Of a stretch of DNA of 64,000 nucleotides, positions 39,336 through 49,734 are shown one piece after another; the first letter of the stretch is position 1, and each line of letters starts with the position of its first letter. The position numbers were made by a program, and so were the translations under genes. A model generated the notes under the pieces. It ran no database searches and was not told the origin of the DNA. It worked only from the letters and a program-made list of their open reading frames with translations. Origin of the DNA: an uncultured Verrucomicrobiae bacterium (GTDB lineage: Bacteria; Verrucomicrobiota; Verrucomicrobiia; Palsa-1439); assembly GCA_963812605.1 (NCBI GenBank), contig CAWEWF010000014.1, positions 605,003 through 669,002 on the forward strand, in the 5' to 3' direction.

Positions 39336-40199
39336 ATGAACATTGACGGCTCAACAACGATTGTCGGGATTTTCGGCGCGCCGATCAGGCACACCGCTTC
39401 GCCCGCGATGCACAACGCCGCTTTCGCGGCGCTCGACATGAATTGGGCGTACCTGGCGTTCCACGTCGAGCCACAGAATTTGCGCTCGGCGTTGCGGGGC
39501 GCGGGCGATATGGGGATTGTCGGCATCAATTTGACGGTCCCGCACAAGATCCTCGCCCTCGACTGGATCGATGACATCGACGCCGAAGCTCGCAAGCTCG
39601 GCGCCGTCAATACCGTCTCCATGGAGAAGGGGAGACTGCGCGGGTACAATACCGACGGCTATGGGTTTCTCAAGGCGATTAAAGAGGACTTCAACCTGTC
39701 CATCAAAGGCAAACGCGTGCTGGTACTCGGCGCCGGCGGGGCAGGGCACGGGATCGCCGTAAAATGCGCGCTGGACGGGGCTGCCCGGGTGATCGTGGCC
39801 AACCGCACGCCTGCCCGGATTGAACCAATCGCGCAGGAGGTCCGCGGTACAAAAACGGAGTTTCTGGCTCTCAAACTGGCCGCGGAGCATATCCGCAAGG
39901 TCATTCACGAGGTGGATCTGGTGGTGAACGCCACATCTGTGGGATTGGAAGAGCACGATTCGCTGGGGCTTGGCGCCGATCTTTTTTCGCCGCGCCTGCA
40001 TGTGTACGACACGATTTATCGTCCCGCGGAGACGGAGCTGCTGCGTGTCGCCGAGAGCGCGGGCGCGAAAGTCGCCAACGGATTGAGCATGTTGCTGCAC
40101 CAGGGCGCGAAAGCGTTTGAAATCTGGACCAAGCGCAAGGCGCCGCTGGCGGTCATGCGCCGGGCGTTGCGGGCGGCCATCTACGGGGACAAAGCGTGA
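39336..40199 (+). CDS. aroE: Shikimate dehydrogenase
   Basis: GIFGAPIRHTASPAMHNAAF, NLTVPHK, NTDGYGF and VLGAGGAG. Confidence 0.9.
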   Translation: MNIDGSTTIVGIFGAPIRHTASPAMHNAAFAALDMNWAYLAFHVEPQNLRSALRGAGDMGIVGINLTVPHKILALDWIDDIDAEARKLGAVNTVSMEKGRLRGYNTDGYGFLKAIKEDFNLSIKGKRVLVLGAGGAGHGIAVKCALDGAARVIVANRTPARIEPIAQEVRGTKTEFLALKLAAEHIRKVIHEVDLVVNATSVGLEEHDSLGLGADLFSPRLHVYDTIYRPAETELLRVAESAGAKVANGLSMLLHQGAKAFEIWTKRKAPLAVMRRALRAAIYGDKA

Positions 40200-41384
40200 C
40201 CGGGCTTCAGCTCTATATTGATTTCATCGTCTTCTCATTTGGCGCGGTCATTGGCAGCTTTCTTAATGTCTGCATCCACCGGATGCCCCTGGATCAGTCC
40301 ATCGTGTTCCCGCCGTCCCACTGTCCGCACTGCAACCAGCGCATCCGCTGGGCCGACAACATTCCGCTCTTCAGTTACCTGGCGCTGGGGCGCAAGTGCC
40401 GCAACTGTGGCGCGAAAATCACTGCGCGGTATTTCCTCGTGGAACTCCTGACCGCGGTGTTGTTCCTGTTGATGTGGCTGAAACTGACGCAGTGGGCCAA
40501 CCCGCCACTGCACGGCGTTTATCTGCTAAAAGCGCCGATCTATTGGATGGTCATCGCCGGCCTGATCGTGGCCACGTTTATCGACTTTGAGCATTACATT
40601 ATCCCCAACGAGATTACGTTCGGCGGAATCCTGGCGGGGTTGTTCCTGAGCGCGGTTTATCCGCCGTTGCAGCCCAACGATATGGTGACGTCCCTCGATA
40701 CTGAAGCTTATGCCAATCTCAATGCCAGCGTGGAGCGCGGGGCTGTTCCGATCCCTCTTTGGGGTACTGGTGGGTGGATTTGTGCTTCTCGCCATTGCTG
40801 AGTTTGGCAAGCTCCTGTTTGGGAGATTACGCGTGAAACTGCCGCCGGACGCGACGGTCATTATCGCTGATGGCAAGCTCAAATTGCCTGACGAAGAAGT
40901 CGATTGGCCCGATCTTTTCTTTCGGGATTCCGACAAGATACGTTTTCAGGCCACGTTCCTGAATTTTGGCGACAAGCAATTCACTGATGCGACCGTAATC
41001 GTGCAGGAAGATTCAATCACGATAAACGACGAGCACTATCCTTTGGCGGGCACCGGAATCATCGAAGCGAAGACCAGCGAGATCGTGATCCCACGGGAAG
41101 CCATGGGATTTGGAGACGTGAAATTACTGGCGGGTATCGGCGCATTCCTGGGCTGGGAAGCGACCTTGTTTTCCCTGTTCCTTTCGTCGGCGGTAGGCGC
41201 GGTGGTGGGTCTGGCGTTGATTGTGATTGGGAAAAAGGACCTGCAAGGGAAGATCCCCTATGGGCCGTATATCGCCCTGGGCGCGCTTGTCTGGCTCTTT
41301 GCAGAAGACCAACTTCTTGCTATCATGGCCACGTATTTGGAAAATGTGAAAGACCTCCTGACATTGATATTCAGTAGAGGATAG
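40196..41384 (+). CDS. pilD: Prepilin peptidase (A24 family), with a 1-nt frame break near 40737-40740
   Basis: GSFLNVCIHRMP, CPHCNQRIRWADNIPLFSYL..CRNCGAKI and MGFGDVKLLAGIGAFLGW. The two ORF-track pieces (40196..40801 and 40710..41384) join if one G of a GGGG run is removed. GTG start. Confidence 0.85.
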
Positions 41385-41387
41385 ATT

Positions 41388-42519
41388 ATGCCGCAACTGC
41401 GTTACTTCACCGCAGGCGAATCGCACGGCCAATGCCTGATTGGCGTAGTCGAGGGGCTGCCGGCCGGCCTGAAACTGGATCGCGCCGCCATCAATCGCGA
41501 TCTCGCGCGCCGCCAGCAAGGCTACGGGCGCGGCGGTCGCATGAAGATCGAGGCGGATGAAGCGGAGATCGTCTCGGGCGTGCGCCATGACGAAACGATT
41601 GGTTCACCCGTCACCTTGATGGTGAAAAACCGCGACTTCAAAATCAACGAACTCGCCGGCCGTCACGAAACCACGTCCCGGGCATGCCGACCTTGCGGGT
41701 GTTATCAAGTATGACCGCCAGGACGCTCGGGACATTCTCGAGCGCTCCAGCGCGCGGGAAACCACGATGCGCGTGGCCATTGGTGGTGTCTGCAAGCTGT
41801 TGCTCGCAGAGGTCGGCGTCGACATCGTCGGTCACATCGTCAGCCTTGGTACGGTGCAGGCGAAGACAGACGGGCTGACGTTTGCCCAAATCCGCGAACG
41901 CAGCGAAGCGAGCGAAGTCCGCTGCGCCGATCCCGAAGCCGAGAAAAAAATGGTCGAGGCGATTGACGCCGCCAAGGGGCAGGGGGATACGATCGGCGGC
42001 GTGTTTGAAGTGATCGCGGTCGGCGTCCCGATTGGCCTCGGCAGCCACGTTCATTGGGACCGGAAACTCGACGCGAACCTCGCCCGCGCCTTGATGAGTA
42101 TCCAGGCCATGAAAGGTGTCGAGGTTGGACTCGGATTTGAGGCCGCGCGACGCTTGGGCTCACAGGTCCACGACGAAATCCTGCCGGCGCAGGACGGCGT
42201 CTTCACCCGCGCGGGCAATAATGCCGGGGGTTTTGAAGGCGGCATGACCAATGGCCAGCCAGTCGTCGTTCGCGTCGCCATGAAACCCTTGTCCACGCTC
42301 ATGAAACCGATGCGTTCGGTGGACATTCAGACGGGGCAGGAAGTAAAAGCCACCGTGGAACGCTCCGACGTCTGCGCCACGCCGGCGGCGGCGGTCATTG
42401 GGGAAGCGGTCGTCGCGGTCGAGTTGGCGAAGGCGTTGCTGGACAAGTTCGGCGGCGACAGCGTGCGCGAGCTAAAGCGCAATGTGGAAAGTTACCGCCA
42501 AGCTTGTCAGCGGTGGTAG
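41388..42519 (+). CDS. aroC: Chorismate synthase, with a 1-nt frame break near 41655-41668
   Basis: [21 protein letters not shown] and [15 protein letters not shown]. The motif [34 protein letters not shown] is read in the frame of ORF 41767..42519. Confidence 0.9.
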
Positions 42520-42531
42520 CGCGTCGGGAAC

Positions 42532-42555
42532 GCGCCTCACAGAGGCGCGGCTACA
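42532..42555. repeat. Single REP unit after aroC
   Basis: CGCGCCTC-ACA-GAGGCGCG followed by GCTAC. Confidence 0.6.
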
Positions 42556-42962
42556 CCGCTACCGTATCCAACTGACGAAGCACGCGGGTTGAGGCTGGTT
42601 CCGGAGCGGACGGCCTGGACGAGGATGGCAATGCTGAGGCCGCCCGGTGTTGCATGCGGCTGCTCCCGTAGGGGGATTGGCCGCAGGCGACGAGGCGCGC
42701 AATTGGCTTGACAACAGTGGCAGCCTTGTGGCACCAGAGTTGACTTGTAAGCGAGTGAATTCGGGTCATGCGGAGAGGCGAGTTAGTGCGGTTGCGAGAA
42801 CCTCGATCCTGAATCACCGGCTGCACGTTTGCACGCAGGTTACGTTATCTGGGGTCGCCCTTGCTCTGGTTGTTCTTCTGCACTCACACTTTCTGTCCCC
42901 CTGCCCCGGTTTGAAATAGCGACACGTAGAGCGCCACAAGCGCAGAAGGGGATCGGCGTAAC

Positions 42963-43906
42963 ATGAGAACTCGTTCATTATTCCGTGGCGGGGAACCCAC
43001 AAAAAGAACAACGTCCAGGACGATCTGCCTCTTCGTGGGTGCCGGGCTGATGGCGAGCAGTGCCTACGGCGTTACGTTTCAGTCCGTCGGCCCCACAAAT
43101 TATGGCGACGACGCACTTAGCGCCACGGTGAATCCGTATCCAGCGATCGCGGTTAGCACCATGCGTCCCACCAGGACAGTGCACCTGGATCAACACCGTT
43201 CGGAAGAATTTTATAGCCGCGAATCGCACAATTCGAACCGGCCCCTTTCCGGTGAGTCGTGGAGTTACTCCTGGGCTGGCACTGGTACGGAGGCCAAAGT
43301 GGAGGCGGGCATCAGCATCCTCGACTACTTTCCGTACGTAATCACGAAACCGTCAGTCACAACGGGCGACGGCGACGTCTACCCGGTGGGCCCCGCTAGC
43401 GGGCTCGGCGGCGCCGTGTTCAATCTCAAGTACACGCCGCAGGCGGGCGCACCGGCGATCAATAATCTCCACTGGATTCAGGCGTATACGGGTACCATCT
43501 ATGGGACAGCATTTGGGGCCATATTGGACAACGACACCAACAATCCTTACGTGGCGCAGAGCGGCGTTTCACCCTTTTACGACACAGATTACGCTGCCGG
43601 GAACTTGACCGGTGGCGGAGGATGGTTTCTGGACAGACCACAGGTTCCTGAAAATGAATACGAGACAAATCCCGTGGTGTCCTCCCAGTTTCAGGTGGTT
43701 CTGGCAGGCGACACCCAGTGGGTCGTAGGCGGGGTGACCGACAAGCCGTCGCGTTGTATGGCGGTGAGTGGTGGGGATTTAATTTCTCGGCGGTTGACGT
43801 GCGCGAACAGTCGGCAGGCTTGCTCGTAATGCTTGGCGGAAGCGGGCTGCTCTTCTTCCGGAGGAAGGCGAGAAGGAAGAGGACCCGCAGTTCCTCGGTT
43901 CGGTAG
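42963..43906 (+). CDS. PEP-CTERM-type secreted protein, with a frame break near 43740
   Basis: N-terminal signal-like ICLFVGAGLMASSAYG. The C-terminal sorting-like tail VREQSAGLLVMLGGSGLLFFRRKARRK is read in ORF 43718..43906, in a different frame from the body. Confidence 0.6.
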
Positions 43907-44019
43907 ATTTTCACGCACCTTGAAACGCGGAAGCGCACATGAAGAAAACACCGGGTGGTGCGGGGCAAATGCGCTAAAGAATTCGTCGGTCTGACGTGTC
44001 CGGCTATTTCCAGACGGTG

Positions 44020-46292
44020 TTACGGCAACAACACGCGCACGCGGTAGTACCGGTTGGTAGAGGTACACGGGATTGCCGTATTCGTCATGTTGGTGACGGT
44101 GCCGGACCCGTTCCCGCCACTGAGAATGTTCGTCTGGCCCGTGTCCTGCCAACCGCCATTCGTGTAGTTGCCGTTGGCATTGCCGGTCAGGTAATCCAAC
44201 ACGTTCGTCCGTGACGCGATCCCCGGCGCATAGGTGTTGTCCCCGTTGGCGCCGAGATAGGTTACCACGACGTTGGTGTTCCCCGCCACCGACTCCACGA
44301 TGCTGATGACGTGCAGGTACGCCGCCGCGTTGGTGGGATTGAATCCCGCCAGGAACTGATTGGTGTTGCTCATGCCTTTACCCAGTGGATCCGCGCCAGG
44401 GGCCGAATTCAAGGGGCTACGGTGAAGTAATGTGTCTGCCAGGTCGTGAATGGATCACTGCCGCCGGTTACTTGCAGGATCACCGAGCGAATCGTGTTCG
44501 TATTGACGGCGTAAGACAAACTGCCGTTCGGCGTGGTGCCGATGGTCAGCGTGCCGCCAGTCAAGGTGCCGGCGTACGTGAGCAGCGTGTAGCTGGTGGC
44601 GGTGAAGCCGCCGGCATCGGCGATGTTGACCGTGCCGCCGAGGGTCAAGTTACCGGTGACGGCAATTTTTGTGGCGTTGGTGCCAACCCCGAAGTACAGC
44701 GTCGATGAACTGCCCAGCGTTAGAATGTTGCTCACCGTCAGCGTGCTGGCGGCCAACGTGAGGTATGGATTGGGGTTGTCCAAGCCGGGATCGGTGATGG
44801 TCGCCTGCGCGTTGAAGAAGGACAACACGGTGTTGGACGGCGACCCCAATCCACCGAGCGTCATTCGATTCGCGTTGAGTGCGCTATTGGTGATGGTAAT
44901 CACGGCGTTGTAGAGGGTCAGGGTGTTGGTGCCGGAGGAGGGCGCGGTGAGATTCGAGTCGATGAATTGGATATTTCGCGCGTGATACACGGAGAAGGTC
45001 CCGTGCTGGTGCGACCCAGGATATTGACTTTGCAAAGCGTGACGTTCGAGACGGGCGACCCGGGCTTGCCATAGATGATACCGGCGATATTACCGGGGCC
45101 CTGGATACCGCTGTTTCCAACCGCCGTGAGATTGCTGATGGTAATATCTGGTAGATCGGCGTCGAACTGGTGATCGATCCTGTCGAGTCCGATGCGGCGT
45201 CCGCGGGTAATAAGGATATTGGCGGAGGGCGAGCCCAACGAGCTATAGTCCATGTAAAACGCGATCGGGAAATTCACGTTGGTCATCGTCAGATCACAAT
45301 ACTTGATGTTCTGCACCGGGCAGCCGGAACCCTGGTCGATTTGATTTTGATGCCGTATTCGGTGCCGTTCCACGAACAGTTGCTAACGGTCAAGTTGTTC
45401 ACCCCGCCGCCGATCTTGCTACCCATCGACACGCCGTGCCCGGTGCCGAACATGCAATTGGAGATGGCGATGTCCGTCGCCGCGGCGCCGCTGCCCCCGA
45501 TCTCAACATCGTCATCACCGGTGCTGATGAAGGAGTTTCGGATCAGAACATTGGTGGAACTGATGTCAAACCCGTCGGTGTTGTGCGAATCGTGCGGCGT
45601 GTTGATCGTAATGCCCTGGACCGTGACGCTCGTGTCGCTGGACTTCATATAGATGTGGAATTCCGGCGGGTTCTGCAGCGTGACGTTCTGGATCAGCACC
45701 CGCGTGCAACTGCCGATATCGAGGAAGAGCGGTCGCGTCGAGGCGAGTGGGAACCACCAGTTCGTCCCCTGACCATCGATGATTCCGGACCCGCTGATCT
45801 CAATGTCGGTAAGGCCGGAAGCGCTGATGAACGACGTGCCGCTGCCGTAGTTGGGGACCCAGGTGCTCATCGGGAAAATCTGCAGTTTCGCGCCGCTGTA
45901 GTTCTGCAGATTGACGTGGCTGGCCAGGGTGATCGGGCCGGACAGGTAGTTGGTTAACGTGCCCACCGGCGGGATCTCGACGGTGCCGCCCCCATGGGCC
46001 ACCGCATACGTGATGGCCGCGTTGATCGCGGCAGCGCTGTTTGATGACCCATTCCCGTACGCGCCGCCGGCAAATGTCGTGTTGGTAACGACGAACACCT
46101 GGTTGGAAATAACGGGCAACGGCGGGTCGGCGTGCCCGGACCGGCCACGGCGAGAAACAAGATGACGGCCCCAACGGCCACCTTCCACCAAGGGGCGGCA
46201 AAAGACCCGCGGTGCGGCCGCTGATTGGTTTGCGCCCGGAGTCTCACGGCACACGCCACCGAACACCGTATTCCCGTATGCTTTTTCATCAT
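44020..46292 (-). pseudogene. GH28 (polygalacturonase-like) beta-helix protein with a C-terminal RYYRVRVLLP domain; at least 4 frame breaks
   Basis: SHNTDGFDI, STGDDDVEI, GTGHGVSMGS and YGIKIKS in ORF 45289..46266. The continuation is spread over ORFs 44918..45373, 44409..45035 and 44020..44412. The signal/TM part (WKVAVGAVILFLAVAG) is in yet another frame (ORF 45954..46355). Confidence 0.75.
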
Positions 46293-46703
46293 AAACCCCT
46301 GACTACGTGTTTTGTGTGTCCACGGCGTGTTGATCCCCGAGAGACGTGTTGCCATCCGTAGTTACGACGCCGGTCCTTGTGTGTATTACATCCCAGCAAA
46401 CTGTTTGCCACTTCAGCGCGTTCATTTTCGTACCTCTGAGCGCGTTTATGGACCAAAGGGATAGGAGATACTTTGAATGGCGACGCAACTCAGAGTGTTG
46501 ACCTGACGTACCGATATGACCTACCCCGCGACCATCGCTGACGACCCAGTCTGACGGACACTCATGCTATCACTTTTGACAAAGCGAGGAAGCCAATTCT
46601 GGGCCTCTGCCTTCGCTCCAAGAGATGGCCTCCGCATGGCCGCCCTCATCAGAGCCATCCGCGCAGGAACCGATCTCAACCTATGCTCCGTCAGCCGGAT
46701 ACG

Positions 46704-48250
46704 CTACACCTGCTTCTTCAGCTCCAACTTCGCGATCTTGCCGGTGGCGGTTCTTGGCAGGGCTCCCACGATGCGGACTTCGCGCGGGATTTTGTAGTCG
46801 GCGAGCCGCTCGCGGCAGAAGCGCAGGATTTCGCTCGGCTCGAGTTTCGCTCCCTCGACCGGGCTGACGAAGGCGATGGGGACTTCGCCGCGCTTCTCGT
46901 CGAGTTTCGGCACCACAGCCGCTTCGCGGACATTCGGGAATTGGTGCAGCACTTCCTCGATTTCGCGTGGGTAGACGTTCATCCCGCGCACCAGCAACAT
47001 CTCTTTGCGACGGTCCACAATGTAAATATAACCGTCCTCGTCCTTCTTCCCCATGTCGCCGGTGTGCAGCCAGTTGCCGCGCAACGCCGCGGCCGTTTCC
47101 TCAGGATGATTGAAATAACCCCGCATGACGTTCGGGCCGCTGACCACGATCTCTCCCACCTGGCTGGCGGGCAACTCCTGATCATGGTCGTCGAAAATCT
47201 TCACCTGCACCTCGGGCAGCGGCAGGCCGACCGAGCCCGCCTTGCGAACGCCGCGGATGGGGTTGAAGGACACCACGGGCGACGCTTCGCTCAATCCGTA
47301 GCCTTCCAGCAGCGGGAAATGGAATTTGCGGTCGAACTTCGCCAGCGTCTCGGCGGGCAGGGGAGCGGCGCCGGAGACCGCCAGGTGCAGTTTCAGCACC
47401 CAATGCAGCCAGAAGGGGATGCGGGCTTCCGCGAGCGCCTGGAAAAGCTGCGGGATGCCCACCAGGATCGTCGCGCGGTTGCGAATGATCTCGCGCATCG
47501 CGGCCTTGAACGGCTGGACGGACTTGATCAGCACGATGCCCGCGCCCATCGAGAGCGGGGTGAAGATGCAGACGGTCAGCATGAAACTGTGAAACATCGG
47601 GAGCAACAGCGTGAGCCGATCGGCTGCCGTCGGTTCGAGCGCCTGGAGGCAACTACGGACGTTCGACGTGATGTTGTCGTGGGTGAGCATCGCGCCCTTG
47701 GATTTGCCCGTGGTGCCGGACGTGTAGATGATCACCGCGACGTCTGTCGGCGGTGATGGGTGGCCAGTGTGGATTGATTTTGACAGGCAGGGACGCCTGT
47801 CCCACCACTACCGGCTCGGAGGTCCGTACACGGCACGGAGGCCTGTCCCACTTCTTGGGAGAGAAGCTCCAGTCGAACGGCGGTAACGCCTTCGACCTTG
47901 GAAATCGTCTCGTCGAAATCCCCGGACGTGACCAGGCACTTGAGTTCGCAGTCGTCAACGATGTGCTGGATTTCGGGGGCTTTGAGAAAGGTGTTGATCG
48001 GGACCACGGTCGCGCCGGACTTCAGGATGGCGTAGAGCGCATAGATGAACTCGGGGCAGTTCTTCAACAGGATGCCCACGCGGTCGCCCGGCCGCACGCT
48101 GTGGGCGGCTTGCAAGCGGGCGCCATACGCGTGGATACGGGCCGCCAATTCCGCGTTGGTGATTCGTTCCTTGCCGCAGAAAATGCAGACCCGGCGCGGC
48201 TGCGTCGCCGCCACCGTTTCGAGGCGGGCGATGACGGTTGGCTCGCTCAT
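46704..48250 (-). CDS. AMP-dependent acyl-CoA synthetase/ligase, interrupted by two REP-like hairpins with a frame break
   Basis: IIYTSGTTGKSKGAMLTH, LEGYGLSEA, GDMGKKDEDGYIYIVDRRKEM and GKIAKLELK. The N-terminal part is ORF 47732..48313, with ATG at 48250. Confidence 0.8.
47778..47852. repeat. REP-like hairpins inside the acyl-CoA synthetase gene
   Basis: GACAGGC-AGGGAC-GCCTGTC plus CCAC..CTAC, and a second GGCCTGTCCCAC unit. On the minus strand these translate to VGQASVPCTDLRAGSGGTGVPACQ. Confidence 0.65.
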
Positions 48251-48269
48251 GCGGAAATGCGGACAGTTG

Positions 48270-48815
48270 CTACCAGAGGAACGATTTCTTTTCGGCGACG
48301 AGTTGATCGCCATTCCAGAGCGTCACGCGCCAGGCGGACACCGTGCCGCCGCTGCGAAAATCTTCCCCGCGAACTTCAAAGAGCTTCACCATGTCGCCGT
48401 GGGGCACGTAGGTCTTCTCGAAGATGGCGGCTGGTTTCGACACCTGCCGATACTCGAATTTCACCAGGCTGATGCTCGCGGGCCTCCAGCGGACAAAGAA
48501 CTCCTCGCGCTGCGCCTCGGTGGCCAAATCCTGCGGCACGTACGTGAACCGCGAGGCTTCGTCGTATCCGAAAAACTGTTTAACGTCCTCGGGATCGAGG
48601 TCCTGCAAGCGGGTGCGGCTGGTGACTTCGAGGACGCGCGGCGCGGTGGTCGAGCAGGCGATGGTGAAGAGGAGGAGGACTGAGAGGCAACAGAGCGGAA
48701 ACGACGGCAGGCGGGCCGCCTGCCCTACAATGCTGCTCGGATTGTAGCCGCGAATCTCATTCGCGGCATTTTCCGACCGCGAAAATGTTTCGCGGCTACA
48801 AAGATGGTCATTCAT
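48270..48815 (-). CDS. Hypothetical lipoprotein; the N-terminal ~35 codons are REP-derived, so the start is uncertain
   Basis: Lipobox LLLFTIAC. The only ATG (48815) overlaps the rsmI stop (ATGA) and reads through three REP hairpins. Confidence 0.5.
   Translation of the reverse strand: MNDHLCSRETFSRSENAANEIRGYNPSSIVGQAARLPSFPLCCLSVLLLFTIACSTTAPRVLEVTSRTRLQDLDPEDVKQFFGYDEASRFTYVPQDLATEAQREEFFVRWRPASISLVKFEYRQVSKPAAIFEKTYVPHGDMVKLFEVRGEDFRSGGTVSAWRVTLWNGDQLVAEKKSFLW
48706..48800. repeat. Three REP units
   Basis: GGCAGGCG-GGC-CGCCTGCCCTACAA, TGTAGCCGCGAAT-CTC-ATTCGCGG, CCGCGAAA-ATG-TTTCGCGGCTACAA. Confidence 0.7.
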
Positions 48816-49515
48816 TCCCGGTAACCTTCGACGATGACGGTAATTTCCCCTTTGACGGCGCGGTTCTCAAGCTTTTTCAGGATGGCGGCCAGGTCGTCGC
48901 GGAGGATCTCCTCGAATTTCTTGGTCAACTCGCGGGCGACGACGGCGCGGCGATTGCCGAGCTGGTCGTGCATGTCCTGAAGGCTCTTCACCAGGCGATA
49001 GGGCGATTCGAAGAAGACGAGCGACCAGGGCAGGGGAGCCAGGCGGGTGAGGGCATTGCGCCGCTGCCCGGATTTGTGCGGGAGGAAACCGTAGAACAAA
49101 AAAGGTCCGCCGCCAGAGTCCGCTGGGCAAGCGGTCCCAAGCCGCTGGCAACCCAGGCAGTGGTGATGGCTGAGACGCCGGGAATGACCTCCACGGGGAT
49201 GCCAGCGTCGATAGCAGCCCGAATCAGGCGCTGTCCTGGATCGGAGACGGTAGGCATGCCCGCATCGGAGACCAGGGCGATGGTGCGGCCCTGCTGGAGG
49301 TCTTTCAGCAGTTCCGCCGTGCGTTTGGCCTCGTTGAACTCATGGTAGCTGACAAGGGGCTTCCTGATCGAATGGCGGGCCAATAGCAGCCCCGTGTGCC
49401 GGGTATCCTCGGCGGCCACCAGGCTGGCTTCCCGCAGCACCCGCAGCGCGCGCAGGGTGATGTCCTCCATGTTGCCAATGGGCGTGCCGACGATGTAGAG
49501 CCTGCCAGGAGACAT
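48812..49515 (-). CDS. rsmI: 16S rRNA (cytidine1402-2'-O)-methyltransferase, with a frame break near 49095-49140
   Basis: RLYIVGTPIGNMEDITLRALRVL..VAAEDTR and ALVSDAGMPTVSDPG. The C-terminal FYGFLPHKSGQRR..LVFFESPYRL is in ORF 48812..49099. A T6 run lies at the junction. Confidence 0.85.
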
Positions 49516-49558
49516 GCGCCGACTCTATTGAGCGGGTGGGGAAAAGACAAGAGCCGGG

Positions 49559-49658
49559 CGTAGAACGGGCGTCTCGCCCGTTTATTTTGTCACGCCACGA
49601 TTTTGAACGGGCGGGACGCCCATTCTACGGGGAACATCGACAGGCGGGACGCCTGTCC
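49559..49658. repeat. Three REP units
   Basis: GTAGAACGGGCG-TCT-CGCCCGTT, AACGGGCG-GGA-CGCCC..CTAC, GACAGGCG-GGA-CGCCTGTC. Confidence 0.75.
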
Positions 49659-49683
49659 AACTCGGCGTGTAAGCCAGGCCGTT

Positions 49684-49718
49684 GGGGGAAAAGAAAGAGG
49701 CCAGTCTTTCGACTAGCC
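49684..49718 (-). terminator. Intrinsic-terminator-like hairpin downstream of TMTC-like gene 1 (degenerate copy of the 52665-52701 element)
   Basis: Read on the minus strand it is an imperfect hairpin followed by TTCTTTTCCCC. It shares a 30-nt identical block, GGGGAAAAGAAAGAGGCCAGTCTTTCGACT, with 52665-52694. Confidence 0.5.
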
Positions 49719-49734
49719 CCGCGGGACACGGCGC

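Noticed and set aside
42520-42962. RNase P RNA, tmRNA, SRP RNA or 6S RNA in the aroC-downstream gap
   Set aside because: I could not find the conserved cores on either strand: GGAAAGUCC for RNase P, a tRNA-like GGUUCGA T-arm or tag ORF for tmRNA, or GGAA-tetraloop/AGCA motifs in the right context for SRP. It is left as an unexplained non-coding region.
46683-47756. 357-aa ORF on the plus strand
   Set aside because: It is antisense to the acyl-CoA synthetase gene, and the product is R/H/D-rich.
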